DNA of 64,000 nt from NCBI GenBank assembly GCA_963665095.1, contig OY762069.1:3072001-3136000 (forward strand), given 5' to 3'. A program made the position numbers and the translations under genes. The notes beneath the pieces are model-generated. The model searched no databases, was not told the DNA's origin, and worked only from the letters and a program-made list of their open reading frames with translations. This DNA is from an uncultured Desulfobacter sp. (GTDB lineage Bacteria > Desulfobacterota > Desulfobacteria > Desulfobacterales > Desulfobacteraceae). Below, piece after piece: positions 10,816 to 21,340 of the stretch (positions are counted from its first letter, which is position 1; each line of letters opens with the position of its first letter).

Positions 10816-11274
10816 ATGACAAACATAAATAACATTCAGGGTGTAACCCAGATACTTGACAGTCAGTCCAAGCAGGTATCCGGGACCAGTGGACAGGGCC
10901 AGGGTTTTGAATCAATTCTTAACTCGGCACTTGAGAGCACACAGAGCAGTGATGAGGCCGGCGAGGTAAGTGAACTTGGTGAAATCACGGCGCCTGAGTT
11001 TAACCTGGAAACCTCTTCTTCAATTGTTACAAATAAAACCGACAAACTGCTGACCATGCTGGAAAACTATGCATCTCAACTGGATGATACCAGTGTTTCT
11101 TTGAAAAATATCGAGCCTGTGCTTGAAGAGATCAATGCGGATGCGACATCCTTATTAGAAGAGACTTTATCTCTTGGAGAAGATGACCAGGGATTAATAG
11201 ATATTGCCACCAGCACCGCTGTCACAGCCAAGACAGAATATTTGAAATTTCAAAGGGGCGACTACCTCTCCTGA
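10816..11274 (+). CDS. Hypothetical acidic protein, probably flagellar-associated
   Basis: AGGAGG RBS; FESIL N-terminal motif and KFQRGDY C-terminus; next to flgM. Confidence 0.65.
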   Translation: MTNINNIQGVTQILDSQSKQVSGTSGQGQGFESILNSALESTQSSDEAGEVSELGEITAPEFNLETSSSIVTNKTDKLLTMLENYASQLDDTSVSLKNIEPVLEEINADATSLLEETLSLGEDDQGLIDIATSTAVTAKTEYLKFQRGDYLS

Positions 11275-11294
11275 ACTTTCTTTCAAACAATATT

Positions 11295-11338
11295 AAAAAG
11301 GCCCGTTGTTTTGGTATGAACCGGAATAACAGGCCTTT
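11295..11338. terminator. Bidirectional terminator hairpin
   Basis: AAAGGCC-GTTGTT...AATAAC-AGGCCTTT between convergent genes. Confidence 0.6.
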
Positions 11339-11363
11339 GAATTCTGACTCAGACTGTTACAGG

Positions 11364-12182
11364 CTACCCTTGTTTTTCTTCTTCATACACACCTTTTTTC
11401 ATACACACCTTTTTGGCTGCCTGCCAATGAACTTCTTTTTCTTCCGGCGACATCTGTTTTAAATCAAGCCCCTGCTTTTCAAGGTCTGCCTCCATGGTCC
11501 GGAACCGGTCCTCAAATTTGGCAGTAGACCGATACAGGGCGCTTTCCGGATGAAACCCGGCAAATCTTGCCACATTCACAAGAGAAAAAAGGATATCACC
11601 AAACTCAACCATGGCCTCATCTTTACTGGCAGAGGCAACGGCAGACTCAAACTCCCGGATCTCTGAAACAGCGGTTTCCAGTACCTGATCCATATTCTCC
11701 CAGTCAAATCCGGCCTTTACAGCAGCCTTGGACACCTTCAAAGCCCTGACCAGTCCAGGCATACCACCGGGCACACCGTCAAGAACAGACTTCCTTTGAA
11801 ACCGGCCGGAATGATTCTTCTCCCTGGATTTGATAGCCTCCCACTGTTTATTCAATCCATCTTCTGATGTTATCTCACTGTCACCATATACATGGGGATG
11901 ACGGCGGATCATTTTCTCTGCCACAGTATTGACTACCCGGTTAAAGGGAATTCTGCCGCTGTCTGCATATATCTCCATGATAAAAAGCACCTGAAACAGG
12001 ACATCGCCAAGTTCTTCTGTAATATTATCCGGATCATCTTTAACAATGGCCTCTTCCAGTTCGTACAGCTCTTCTGCCAGGCACTTCCACATGGTTACAG
12101 GCGTCTGTTTCCTATCCCATGAGCACCCGTTTTTTCCCCGAAGCCGTCGAATAATTTCAAGGATGGGGATTATTGTTTCCAC
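11364..12182 (-). CDS. mazG: Nucleoside triphosphate pyrophosphohydrolase
   Basis: GCSWDRKQT, EELGDVLFQ, KMIRRHPHV and GFDW motifs. Confidence 0.93.
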   Translation of the reverse strand: METIIPILEIIRRLRGKNGCSWDRKQTPVTMWKCLAEELYELEEAIVKDDPDNITEELGDVLFQVLFIMEIYADSGRIPFNRVVNTVAEKMIRRHPHVYGDSEITSEDGLNKQWEAIKSREKNHSGRFQRKSVLDGVPGGMPGLVRALKVSKAAVKAGFDWENMDQVLETAVSEIREFESAVASASKDEAMVEFGDILFSLVNVARFAGFHPESALYRSTAKFEDRFRTMEADLEKQGLDLKQMSPEEKEVHWQAAKKVCMKKGVYEEEKQG

Positions 12183-12691
12183 GTTTTTCTTAATCCTTCC
12201 AGTTTACTGCTGAAATCCGTTTTAATGTTCTGGGAAATAAACAGGGTCAGGGCATCAGCCACCTGGGCAAGATAGGGAGCGGTTCGGGAAGCCTCCATCT
12301 GGTTGGTACCGCCGGGCACAAAGGTTGTTGCCATGATAAAGATCACCGTTGCAATCAGCAAACCTTTGGCAGCCCCGAAAATAACCCCGAAGGTTCTGTC
12401 CACCCAGCCTAAAAATACGATGTGCAGCAGCTTTCGTATCAAAAATGCCAAAAGTCCCACAACGATTAAAATCAGACAAAACAGTGCAAAAAAACAAACC
12501 AGTTTTTGGATCTGAGCAGAAGTAATCCATGACTCAACATAGGGGATCAGACGGGGATAATAGGTATTGGCCCCATAAAAACCAGCCACCACCCCCACAA
12601 TGCCGGATACTTCCCGGACAAGCCCTTTAAAGCCTCCCCGTACAAGGCAGAACCCCACAATAACCAATACGCTGAGATCAAAAAAATTCAT
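12170..12691 (-). CDS. cvpA: CvpA-family membrane protein
   Basis: RGGFKGLVRE and DRTFGVIFGAAKG motifs; hydrophobic. Confidence 0.85.
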   Translation of the reverse strand: MNFFDLSVLVIVGFCLVRGGFKGLVREVSGIVGVVAGFYGANTYYPRLIPYVESWITSAQIQKLVCFFALFCLILIVVGLLAFLIRKLLHIVFLGWVDRTFGVIFGAAKGLLIATVIFIMATTFVPGGTNQMEASRTAPYLAQVADALTLFISQNIKTDFSSKLEGLRKTWKQ

Positions 12692-12810
12692 GTCTTCCCT
12701 CAATGGTTTATTAAGGTATAGCTGATAAAGTGTAAACAGATAACAGGACGACCCGTTCCCAGTCAAGATTTTTATTGACCTTTAACAACAGAAAATGCAC
12801 CCTATAGCCC

Positions 12811-13755
12811 ATGAAAAATCTGGAGTTTCAAAATTTGGCCCAGGCCCAGAAACTGTTCGGCACCCACAATGCCAACCTGGATAAAATTGCCAGGGCCTTT
12901 GATGTAAAAATCAATTCCCGGGGCAGTTCCCTTACCATCAGCGGTGCAGACAAAAAAACAGATAAGGTGTTAGACCTGATCAACCAGCTCTTCATGCTTT
13001 TGGAAGACAAATTCAGGCTCACCCCGCCGGTTCTTGACGCAGCCATTAATGCAGTAAAACAGGGCTGTCCTTTTCCCTTAAAACAAATTTTCGGCACCAT
13101 TTTACTGGTAACGTCAAAAAACAAGCCCATCACCCCCCGGACACCCACCCAGCTGGCATATGCCCGGGCAATAGAGAACAGCGACATTCTTTTCGGTATC
13201 GGCCCGGCCGGCACCGGCAAGACCTACCTTGCCATGGCCATGGCAGTGGCAGCCTTTAACAGAGGCGATGTAAAAAAAATTATTCTAACCCGTCCTGCCG
13301 TGGAAGCAGGTGAAGCCTTAGGCTTTCTTCCCGGAGATCTGGCGGAAAAAATCAACCCCTATCTGCGGCCTCTTTACGATGCCCTGTATGATATGCTTGA
13401 TTTTGAAAAGGCCAGGGCCTATATTGAACAGGATATCATTGAAATTGCACCCATTGCATTTATGAGGGGACGGACTCTGAATAACGCGTTCATTATTCTG
13501 GATGAAGCCCAGAATACAACCTCTGAGCAGATGAAAATGTTTCTGACCCGAATCGGATACGGATCAAAAGCTATTATCACCGGAGACATTACCCAAACGG
13601 ACCTCCCGGGGGGAAAACGTTCCGGGCTCGTGGAGGCCAGAAAACTGCTTGCCCGGATAAAGGGTATTTCATTTATAGAATTTTCCAAGGAAGATGTTGT
13701 CAGACACCGGCTGGTATCGAACATCATAGATGCCTATGAAAAAAGCAAGCAATGA
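12811..13755 (+). CDS. phoH: PhoH-family ATPase
   Basis: GPAGTGKT, RPAVEAGE, MRGRT and DEAQN motifs. Confidence 0.93.
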   Translation: MKNLEFQNLAQAQKLFGTHNANLDKIARAFDVKINSRGSSLTISGADKKTDKVLDLINQLFMLLEDKFRLTPPVLDAAINAVKQGCPFPLKQIFGTILLVTSKNKPITPRTPTQLAYARAIENSDILFGIGPAGTGKTYLAMAMAVAAFNRGDVKKIILTRPAVEAGEALGFLPGDLAEKINPYLRPLYDALYDMLDFEKARAYIEQDIIEIAPIAFMRGRTLNNAFIILDEAQNTTSEQMKMFLTRIGYGSKAIITGDITQTDLPGGKRSGLVEARKLLARIKGISFIEFSKEDVVRHRLVSNIIDAYEKSKQ

Positions 13756-16117
13756 AGGAGGGTTCAAAAAGACAGGACATTCCCTGTCCCCTGCCAGATA
13801 CCTTCCTGTGGTTATGTTCCTGCTGGTCGTGGTAATGTTTACCGCCGTCCAGGCCCTTGATGACCACACTGTTGAATCCTATGATTACAAAATCGGTGAT
13901 GTAGCCGGCCGGGATATCAAAGCCCCCAAAGATTTCTTCATCGAAGATAAAGCCACCAACCTTGCCAAGATGGATCAGGTCAAGGGCGCCATTAAAACCG
14001 TATACGATTTTGATGAAAACCTGCTTAAAAATATCACCGCCAGCATCACATCGGCCATGGATTTCGGCCGCCAGATGTTCCCTCCCCGGGACAACTCTTT
14101 AGGGATCAGCACCCCGGCCATTGAGGAACCCACCCTGGCCATGGCACTTACGTTCAAACCTGAATTTGAAAAAAAACTTGGCATAGAAATGTCAAAGGGC
14201 GCTTTTCAGATTCTGTTTAAAGAAAAATTTTCAGAAGAGGTCACTGAATATATCACAGCCATTGTCGGTGACATCCTCACCAACGGGGTAGTGGCCAACA
14301 AAGAGATACTTCTGGCTGAAGAGGAAAAGGGCGTAACGCTTCGAACCATCCAGTCCAACAAGGAACGTGTGATCACCAACCTCAAGGTGTTTTACGGCCC
14401 TGACCAGGCAAAAACCATGGTCAGGATTGTGGGCCAGCCCATCCTCAAAGATGTTAACTACAGCCTGTCCAATCTGGTTGTGGATATCTGTCAACGGCTT
14501 TTACGCCCCAATATCACCCTGAACAAAAATGAGACGGAGAAACGCATCCAGGAGGCCCAGGCCCAGATCAAACCCACCCTTTACCAGATCAAGGCTGGAG
14601 AAATGATCATTCGGGAAGGTGAACGGGTGGACAATCTCAAACTGATCAAACTCAACTCCCTGAACCAGCAGGTTGAAGAAAAAGACACCGTATTGACCAT
14701 TACCAGCATCTTCATCTTTACCAGTGTACTGCTGCTCGTGGTTTATTTTCTTTTTCTGAAGGACCACCCCAGGCTGGCCCGGGGTATGAACAAGCATATG
14801 CTGTTCCTGACCCTTGGACTTCTGCTGTATATCGGATTTACCGAACTTACCGTGTACATTGCCCACTCCTCAAATCCGGAAGTGTCGGAGCAGCTGGCCT
14901 CAAGGGCTGTTTACATGGTGGTGCCGCTGCCTGCAGCCGCCATGATCACCTGCCTTTTTCTGGGTTTTGATATTGCCCTGTATTTTTCCGTGGTTCTTTG
15001 CATATTATGCACCATCTCTTTTGGCGGTGGTTTTCAGGTGTTTTTATTCTTTTTCCTGTCCAGCATAACAGCCGCTTACTGGATTAAGGAACGCAACGAA
15101 CGCTACCATTTTATAGTAGCCGGATTCAAACTGGCACTGTTCAACGCCTGTCTGGCCATTGCGCTGGGCTTTATCCTGCCCATCCAGCTCCCCCCCATGC
15201 TCCTGCTCAAGCAGATTACCATGGCGGTGGGCGGCGGCGTGTTTGCCGCCATCCTTACGGTGGGATTTACCCCGCTGATTGAGGTACTGTTTAATTACAC
15301 CACGGCGGCCAAACTGCTGGAGTTCTCCAATCTGGACCAGCCGCTGATTAAAAAACTGATGATTGAAGCCCCCGGCACCTATAACCATAGCGTCATCGTG
15401 GCCACACTGTCTGAAGCAGCCGCATCTGCCATTAACGCAGACAGCCTTAAAGCCAAGGTCATGGGATATTACCATGATATCGGCAAGCTGGATAAGACCA
15501 TGTATTTTATTGAAAACCAGTCCGACGGGCGGAACCGGCACGATAAACTCTCCCCTTCCATGTCTGCGCTCATTCTCATTGGCCATGTCAAAAAAGGGGT
15601 GGAACTGGCCAGGAAACACAAACTTGGCAACGAAATTATCGAAGGCATTATCCAGCACCATGGCACGTCTCTGATCAAATATTTTTACAATAAGAGTCTG
15701 AAATCAGGGAATGAAAACGTGAATGAAGAAGACTTCAGATATCCCGGACCCAAACCCCAGACCCGGGAGGCCGGTATTGTGATGCTCGCTGATGTATCTG
15801 AAGCAGCGGTCAGGGCCCTTGAACGGCCGACATCAGCCAGGATCAAAGGCCGGGTAAAAGAGTTGATCAACGACATCTTTGCAGACGGCCAGCTCGAAGA
15901 GTGCGAGATGACATTAAAGGACCTCCATCAGATCGCCAAAAGCTTTAATAATATTCTAACGTCCATTTACCACAACCGTATTGAATATCCCGATAAAACC
16001 CAGGAAAAGAAAAATGGGAAACCTAAGGATACTGATAGACAACCGCCAAGAGGAGATACTCCCAACAGCTCCCCTTCACAAAAAGACCGAACAGATCTTA
16101 AACGCCTTGGGCTGTGA
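13730..16117 (+). CDS. 7TM-HDIG membrane phosphohydrolase (PgpH-like)
   Basis: Extracellular domain plus 7 TM segments; APGTYNHS, YHDIGK and QHHGT motifs; usual phoH-HD-ybeY context. Confidence 0.88.
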   Translation: MPMKKASNEGGFKKTGHSLSPARYLPVVMFLLVVVMFTAVQALDDHTVESYDYKIGDVAGRDIKAPKDFFIEDKATNLAKMDQVKGAIKTVYDFDENLLKNITASITSAMDFGRQMFPPRDNSLGISTPAIEEPTLAMALTFKPEFEKKLGIEMSKGAFQILFKEKFSEEVTEYITAIVGDILTNGVVANKEILLAEEEKGVTLRTIQSNKERVITNLKVFYGPDQAKTMVRIVGQPILKDVNYSLSNLVVDICQRLLRPNITLNKNETEKRIQEAQAQIKPTLYQIKAGEMIIREGERVDNLKLIKLNSLNQQVEEKDTVLTITSIFIFTSVLLLVVYFLFLKDHPRLARGMNKHMLFLTLGLLLYIGFTELTVYIAHSSNPEVSEQLASRAVYMVVPLPAAAMITCLFLGFDIALYFSVVLCILCTISFGGGFQVFLFFFLSSITAAYWIKERNERYHFIVAGFKLALFNACLAIALGFILPIQLPPMLLLKQITMAVGGGVFAAILTVGFTPLIEVLFNYTTAAKLLEFSNLDQPLIKKLMIEAPGTYNHSVIVATLSEAAASAINADSLKAKVMGYYHDIGKLDKTMYFIENQSDGRNRHDKLSPSMSALILIGHVKKGVELARKHKLGNEIIEGIIQHHGTSLIKYFYNKSLKSGNENVNEEDFRYPGPKPQTREAGIVMLADVSEAAVRALERPTSARIKGRVKELINDIFADGQLEECEMTLKDLHQIAKSFNNILTSIYHNRIEYPDKTQEKKNGKPKDTDRQPPRGDTPNSSPSQKDRTDLKRLGL

Positions 16118-16478
16118 TGACCATGAGATCTCCATTCTGATCACGGATGACGCCCAGGTCCGCGAACTGAACCGGACCTACCGGGGTAAAGACAAGGCCA
16201 CCAATGTGCTGTCATTTCCCATGCAGGAAGGCGAATTTTCAGACATTACGCCGGGCCTCTTAGGCGACGTTGTTATATCCCTTGAAACGGCCCGGTCAGA
16301 AGCGGTTCAGGCCGACATCTCGCTGGAGGAGCGCATGTCACAGCTGCTTATCCATGGCATCTTGCACCTGCTCGGCTTTGACCATGAAAGAGGTGAGGCC
16401 CAGGCCCGGCAGATGGAAGAAAAAAGCCTGGCACTGCTTCGTCTCATAGAACAGAATCCGGCTCTTGACGCATTTTAA
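16014..16478 (+). CDS. ybeY: Endoribonuclease YbeY
   Basis: TNVLSF and HGILHLLGFDH motifs. Confidence 0.93.
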   Translation: MGNLRILIDNRQEEILPTAPLHKKTEQILNALGCDDHEISILITDDAQVRELNRTYRGKDKATNVLSFPMQEGEFSDITPGLLGDVVISLETARSEAVQADISLEERMSQLLIHGILHLLGFDHERGEAQARQMEEKSLALLRLIEQNPALDAF

Positions 16479-16495
16479 TTTAGAAAGGATTTAAA

Positions 16496-17215
16496 ATGGC
16501 TGAATTGGCAGTAAATGTAGACCATGTGGCAACCCTGCGGCAGGCAAGGGGCGCCAAATATCCGGAACCGGTTCAGGCAGCTCTGGCCGCTGAAACCGCA
16601 GGGGCTGATGCCATTGTGGTACATCTCAGGGAGGACCGGCGGCATATTCAGGAACGGGATGTCCGTCTCCTTTCCCAAACCATTAAAACCAGATTGATCC
16701 TTGAAATGGCAGCCACCAGTGAGATGATAGGCATTGCTCTGGATATCAAGCCTGACACTGTCACCCTGGTACCGGAAAAACGGGAAGAACTGACCACTGA
16801 AGGCGGACTGGACGTGATCACCCATAAGGATCATATCCGTGAAGCGCTATCTACCTTAAAAAACGCCGGGATGAAGGTCTGCATTTTCATTGACCCGGAT
16901 CTGGACCAGATAAAGACAGCCCACAACATTGACGCGGACTCCATTGAAATTCATACCGGTGCGTTTTGTGATGCAACAACCGATTTTAACCGGGAAAGAG
17001 AATTCGCACGCATCGTGGATGCAGCAAAAATTGGTACCCGGCTTAATTTGGGGGTCCATGCAGGGCACGGTATCTGCTATCACACCATCAAGGCGTTTAA
17101 AGGCCTGTCTGAAATCAGGGAATACAGCATTGGACATGCCATTATATCAAAAGCAGTGATAACAGGGATGGACACAGCTGTCAGAGACATGGTGCAATTA
17201 ATTAAGGAGCTTTAG
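16496..17215 (+). CDS. pdxJ: Pyridoxine 5'-phosphate synthase
   Basis: VNVDHVATLRQAR and HLREDRRHI motifs. Confidence 0.96.
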   Translation: MAELAVNVDHVATLRQARGAKYPEPVQAALAAETAGADAIVVHLREDRRHIQERDVRLLSQTIKTRLILEMAATSEMIGIALDIKPDTVTLVPEKREELTTEGGLDVITHKDHIREALSTLKNAGMKVCIFIDPDLDQIKTAHNIDADSIEIHTGAFCDATTDFNREREFARIVDAAKIGTRLNLGVHAGHGICYHTIKAFKGLSEIREYSIGHAIISKAVITGMDTAVRDMVQLIKEL

Positions 17216-17383
17216 TTTTAATTATTGTCAAAGGTCTGGTATATTTCAGAAAGAGACGGGCTTTGACCCTCCGTATTCAGGTCATGGCCCGGACAGAAGA
17301 CTTAATTTATCCCAAGCATAAATGCAAGTCTTTCTTGATAAACATTCTTTATTTTAGCAGGTTAATTATTTCAAAAAATCGTT

Positions 17384-18373
17384 ATGCCTCAGGAAACGCT
17401 TCTAATCATAGATGATGAAGTCTCCATTCTGGAGAGTCTTTCCATCCTGTTTGAGGATAAGGGTTACAGGGTTTTCACCGCCGAAAACGGCAATATCGGC
17501 ATTGATCTGTTTTTCCGGGAACATATAGATGTGGTAATCACAGATTTAAAAATGCCGGTCATGGACGGCCTTGAAGTTATGCGCACCATTCAACGGGCAG
17601 CCCCGGATATACCGATGATCGTGGTCTCCGGAGCCGGTAAAAAGCAGGATATCATTCAGGCCCTTCAAATGGGGGCAAAGGACTATATTTCCAAGCCGAT
17701 CACCGACCTTGATATGATCCTGCATGTGGTGGAAAAAGTTTTTGAAAACAGACGGCTGATGCGTGAGAACCAGGCCTACAGAGAACGGCTGGAAAAAAGC
17801 GAAGAACAGTACAGAACCATTACCGAACAAATTGCTGAAGGCGTCTTCACGGTGGATGCCAAAGAGGATATCACCTTTGCCAATCCCGCCTTCTGCAGGA
17901 TGGTGGGATATCCTAAAGACCACCTTTTAACAATGAACCTCGAGCAGATTACTACCCGTGACAGCTTTGCCGCCATCCTCAAGGAGACCCAGGCCAGAGG
18001 AAAAGGGCTGACAAGCAGGTATGAAACCCAACTGGTTCACCAGGACGGTCACATCGTACATGCAGAGTTTGCCTGCAGTCCACCTGCCAGGCCATGGAGG
18101 GACAACAGATACGCCGGTGCCATTATCGTGGCCCGGGATATTTCCCAGCGGGTCAAACTGCAGCGTAAATATGAGCAGTTCGTCAATCAGGCCCCTGCCG
18201 AGCACACTATTGCCATCTGTGCGAACTGTAAGAAAATCAGGGGAGAGGACCACACCTGGCGGGATGTTGAAAGCGCGTTTAACCACCTTATTTTCTCCCA
18301 TGGAATCTGCCCCCAGTGCTGCGAAAAACTCTACCCGGGCATCTGTTTTGAAGATGACGATGACTACCATTGA
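17384..18373 (+). CDS. Response regulator: REC + PAS + C-terminal Cys-rich motif
   Basis: IDDE/TDLKMP receiver, PAS domain, then CANCKKIR...HGICPQC. Confidence 0.85.
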   Translation: MPQETLLIIDDEVSILESLSILFEDKGYRVFTAENGNIGIDLFFREHIDVVITDLKMPVMDGLEVMRTIQRAAPDIPMIVVSGAGKKQDIIQALQMGAKDYISKPITDLDMILHVVEKVFENRRLMRENQAYRERLEKSEEQYRTITEQIAEGVFTVDAKEDITFANPAFCRMVGYPKDHLLTMNLEQITTRDSFAAILKETQARGKGLTSRYETQLVHQDGHIVHAEFACSPPARPWRDNRYAGAIIVARDISQRVKLQRKYEQFVNQAPAEHTIAICANCKKIRGEDHTWRDVESAFNHLIFSHGICPQCCEKLYPGICFEDDDDYH

Positions 18374-18404
18374 ACCCGATTGCGACCTACGTTTCGTCCA
18401 AACA

Positions 18405-19241
18405 CTACTTTATCAGTCCTGCTATCTTTGCCGCCATGGTCACACCACAGGCATTGTTGGACCCGGCACAGGCAAATCTTTTTTTAAGCACATCCGGGCT
18501 GTTTTCCATTAAAAGCCCAAGGCCAGCCCACTCCAGCAGATCTTCATCATTGTAATCATTGCCTACAGCCACACATTTTTCAAAGGAACCCCCCAATTGG
18601 CGGGCCAGCCAGGCAGCAGATCCGCTTTTGGACACCTGGCCGGCAAACACTTCAATCCAGCAGGATCGGTGATCCAGTGGTGAGGTGGCAGGTATCACAG
18701 AGAACTCCCGCAGTTCCTCTCGAAGTGCATCAACCTGTTCAAAATTGAGCCCCCGGGGCACAATGGCCAACACCTCCGTAGCGCTTTCATACACCATGCC
18801 TGCCTGTCCAAGGGGGGTTCCGAACCCGGAATACATCTCCATGCGATGGGAAAAATCAGCATTATCACCTGAGGTAAATTTATATAGAAAATAAGATGTT
18901 TCAGGGACAGCTTTGTGGATCATATAATCAAATCCATGTTTGTCAAAACAGACAATAATCTGTTTGATCCCCTCCCTGGGGATGGCCTGGGAACGTATCA
19001 GTTTGTTCCCGGGCCAGGACAGGATACCGGCACCCGTTGAAAAAATCAGATAATCCAGGGGAAGGTCTGAAGGCTCAAGGCCCATGGTTTCAAGTGCCCG
19101 GTTAAAGGAATAGAGACTGCGACCTGTGGCTATCACCGTGGTTATGCCGGCTGCTTTCAGTTGTGCAAGGGTCTTAAGATCCCGGTCGCCTATCTCTTTG
19201 TCATCTGTGAGGAGGGTCCCGTCAAAATCCGTTATAAACAT
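18405..19241 (-). CDS. Cof-type HAD hydrolase
   Basis: DFDGTLL, ATGR and GNDYND motifs. Confidence 0.88.
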   Translation of the reverse strand: MFITDFDGTLLTDDKEIGDRDLKTLAQLKAAGITTVIATGRSLYSFNRALETMGLEPSDLPLDYLIFSTGAGILSWPGNKLIRSQAIPREGIKQIIVCFDKHGFDYMIHKAVPETSYFLYKFTSGDNADFSHRMEMYSGFGTPLGQAGMVYESATEVLAIVPRGLNFEQVDALREELREFSVIPATSPLDHRSCWIEVFAGQVSKSGSAAWLARQLGGSFEKCVAVGNDYNDEDLLEWAGLGLLMENSPDVLKKRFACAGSNNACGVTMAAKIAGLIK

Positions 19242-19264
19242 GAATGAGAACCACCTGCCCTAGT

Positions 19265-19648
19265 TCAGGCATTGCCCTGCCCGCCCAGAATCCGTGCCAC
19301 GATATCAGCCAGGTCTTCCATATTATATGGTTTTATCATCACCTTTTGAATCCCGTTGCCAACGTTTATCTCCTCCAGGAGACGGGTTCCTGAACACAAA
19401 ATGGCCGGCAGGCCGGGTCTTACAGCATGAATCTGCTCAACCAGCTCAATGCCGTTCATATCAGGCATGGTATAATCGACAATGGCCAGGGCATACCGGC
19501 CCGAGTCATTCTTAACCAGCTCCAGGGCCTCTTTGGGATGGGTGGCCACATCCACCCGGTGCCCGAAATCCTCAAGCATCTCCCTGCCGATTTCAGTCAG
19601 AAACGCCTCATCATCCACAAACAGGACAACGCCGTTGTTCTGGCTCAT
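19265..19648 (-). CDS. Single-domain response regulator
   Basis: FVDDE, DYTMPDMNG and KP motifs. Confidence 0.88.
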   Translation of the reverse strand: MSQNNGVVLFVDDEAFLTEIGREMLEDFGHRVDVATHPKEALELVKNDSGRYALAIVDYTMPDMNGIELVEQIHAVRPGLPAILCSGTRLLEEINVGNGIQKVMIKPYNMEDLADIVARILGGQGNA

Positions 19649-19682
19649 AACTTCCCCCCTTTAATTGCCCATTGAGGAGTGG

Positions 19683-21170
19683 TTACTTCTTTTTTTCCAG
19701 CGCTTTCCGCAGAATACTCTCCATGGAGCCAAAAGAAGAACCGCCTTTGTTTTTGGATGATTTTGCAAACTGTTTCCAGTTGTCCGGCTCTTTCTGATCC
19801 GGTGGCGCCAGGGTCATGCGCCGTTTATCCTCATCCACCTCCTGGATCATGACCGGCACAGACTCTCCGGGCTTAAGCGATTCAAGACGACCACTGTCTG
19901 TGGACTGACGCAGGTTGGACATGGGCATAAGCCCGGTAACTCCCGGTTCCAGGCGGATAAACAGACCGAATCCTTCTTTTTTCTCCAGGGTCCCTTCCAC
20001 CACACTGCCCACGGGATATTTAGCTGTGGCCCCGGTCCAGGGGTCTCCGGCCGCATCCTTTATACTAAGAGAAATTCGTTTGCTGTCCATATCAATGGCC
20101 TTGATCACCACCTGGACAGTATCGCCTTCACTGACCTCGTCCTCGGGTCGCAGCACCCGGCGTACATGGCTCATTTCAGAAACATGGACCAGCCCGTCAA
20201 TTCCCGGAGCAATCTCCACGAAGGCGCCAAAGGACGCCAGTCGCACCACCTTGCCGGTGACCTGGTCTCCCGTTGAAAAGGCTGTCCCCATATTATCCCA
20301 GGGATTACCCGAAGTCTGTTTAATGGAAAGGGATATCTTCGGGGAATCAGACTCAGGCTTTTCAATCTTTAAGATCTTCACCGCCATGATATCATCTACC
20401 CGGAGCACTTCTTCAGCCTTTTCCACCCGGGACCAGCTCAATTCGGAGATATGAGCCATGCCCTCCACCCCGGGAGCAAGCTCCATAAAGGCGCCGTAGG
20501 ACATCAGCTTGGTCACCTTGGCCTGAACGACATCACCCTGGGAGACGGAGGCCATAAACGCTTTTCGCTCTTCCCGGATCTGTTCATTCAGAAGCTCCCG
20601 ACGGGAGATGACAATATTTTTCCCGCTCTCCTCAAACCGGGTAATGATGAAGTGATGACTCTGGCCCACGTAATCCTCAGGCGTCTCCACATACTTTACA
20701 TCCATCTGGCTCACCGGGCAGAAGGCTCGTTTACCTAAAAGATCCACGGAAAATCCGCCTTTGATCACCCCGGTCACCCGGCCTTCCACCGGAGTTCTCC
20801 CGCGAAAGGCATCCTCAATCATGGCGGCCATACCGGCCCCGGACACGGCCTTGGACAGGATAATTTCACTCTCGTTCAAAGAAACCACATATAGTTTAAG
20901 GGTATCACCCAGTGAATAGAGGAACTCCCCATTATCATCCAGAAGCTGGATTTTTTCCACAACACCGTCGGACTTTGTGCCCGTGTCAATATATACCGAA
21001 TTCTCTCCGATGGAGATAATCTGCCCCTCCACCATATCCCCGGGTTTGAAATCCCGGCTGGTTTTAGAATCATAGGCATCAAGCATCTGCTCAAAGCTCA
21101 TTTCATCGGTGTTCTGGTCGATATTCGGATCGACGTCCCGGGTATTGTTTTCCTCAAACCTGTCGTTCAT
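19683..21170 (-). CDS. rpsA: 30S ribosomal protein S1 (five S1 repeats, possibly a paralog)
   Basis: Repeated S1 motifs (GAFVEI.PG.DGL.H.SE). Confidence 0.85.
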   Translation of the reverse strand: MNDRFEENNTRDVDPNIDQNTDEMSFEQMLDAYDSKTSRDFKPGDMVEGQIISIGENSVYIDTGTKSDGVVEKIQLLDDNGEFLYSLGDTLKLYVVSLNESEIILSKAVSGAGMAAMIEDAFRGRTPVEGRVTGVIKGGFSVDLLGKRAFCPVSQMDVKYVETPEDYVGQSHHFIITRFEESGKNIVISRRELLNEQIREERKAFMASVSQGDVVQAKVTKLMSYGAFMELAPGVEGMAHISELSWSRVEKAEEVLRVDDIMAVKILKIEKPESDSPKISLSIKQTSGNPWDNMGTAFSTGDQVTGKVVRLASFGAFVEIAPGIDGLVHVSEMSHVRRVLRPEDEVSEGDTVQVVIKAIDMDSKRISLSIKDAAGDPWTGATAKYPVGSVVEGTLEKKEGFGLFIRLEPGVTGLMPMSNLRQSTDSGRLESLKPGESVPVMIQEVDEDKRRMTLAPPDQKEPDNWKQFAKSSKNKGGSSFGSMESILRKALEKKK

Positions 21171-21340
21171 GTTTTTCTCCCGGCCTGTTCCAAAAGGCCG
21201 TTTTAATTAATGGATTGCGCCCAAAGGGCATGCCCTGTTTTTAGTTTCCATCTGTTAAAACTTTACTGTCTACTATACGTTCCGGATGCCCGTGTAAACC
21301 CCTGGCCGGCATTTTACAAAATTTTTCCCGTTCCGCCAAA

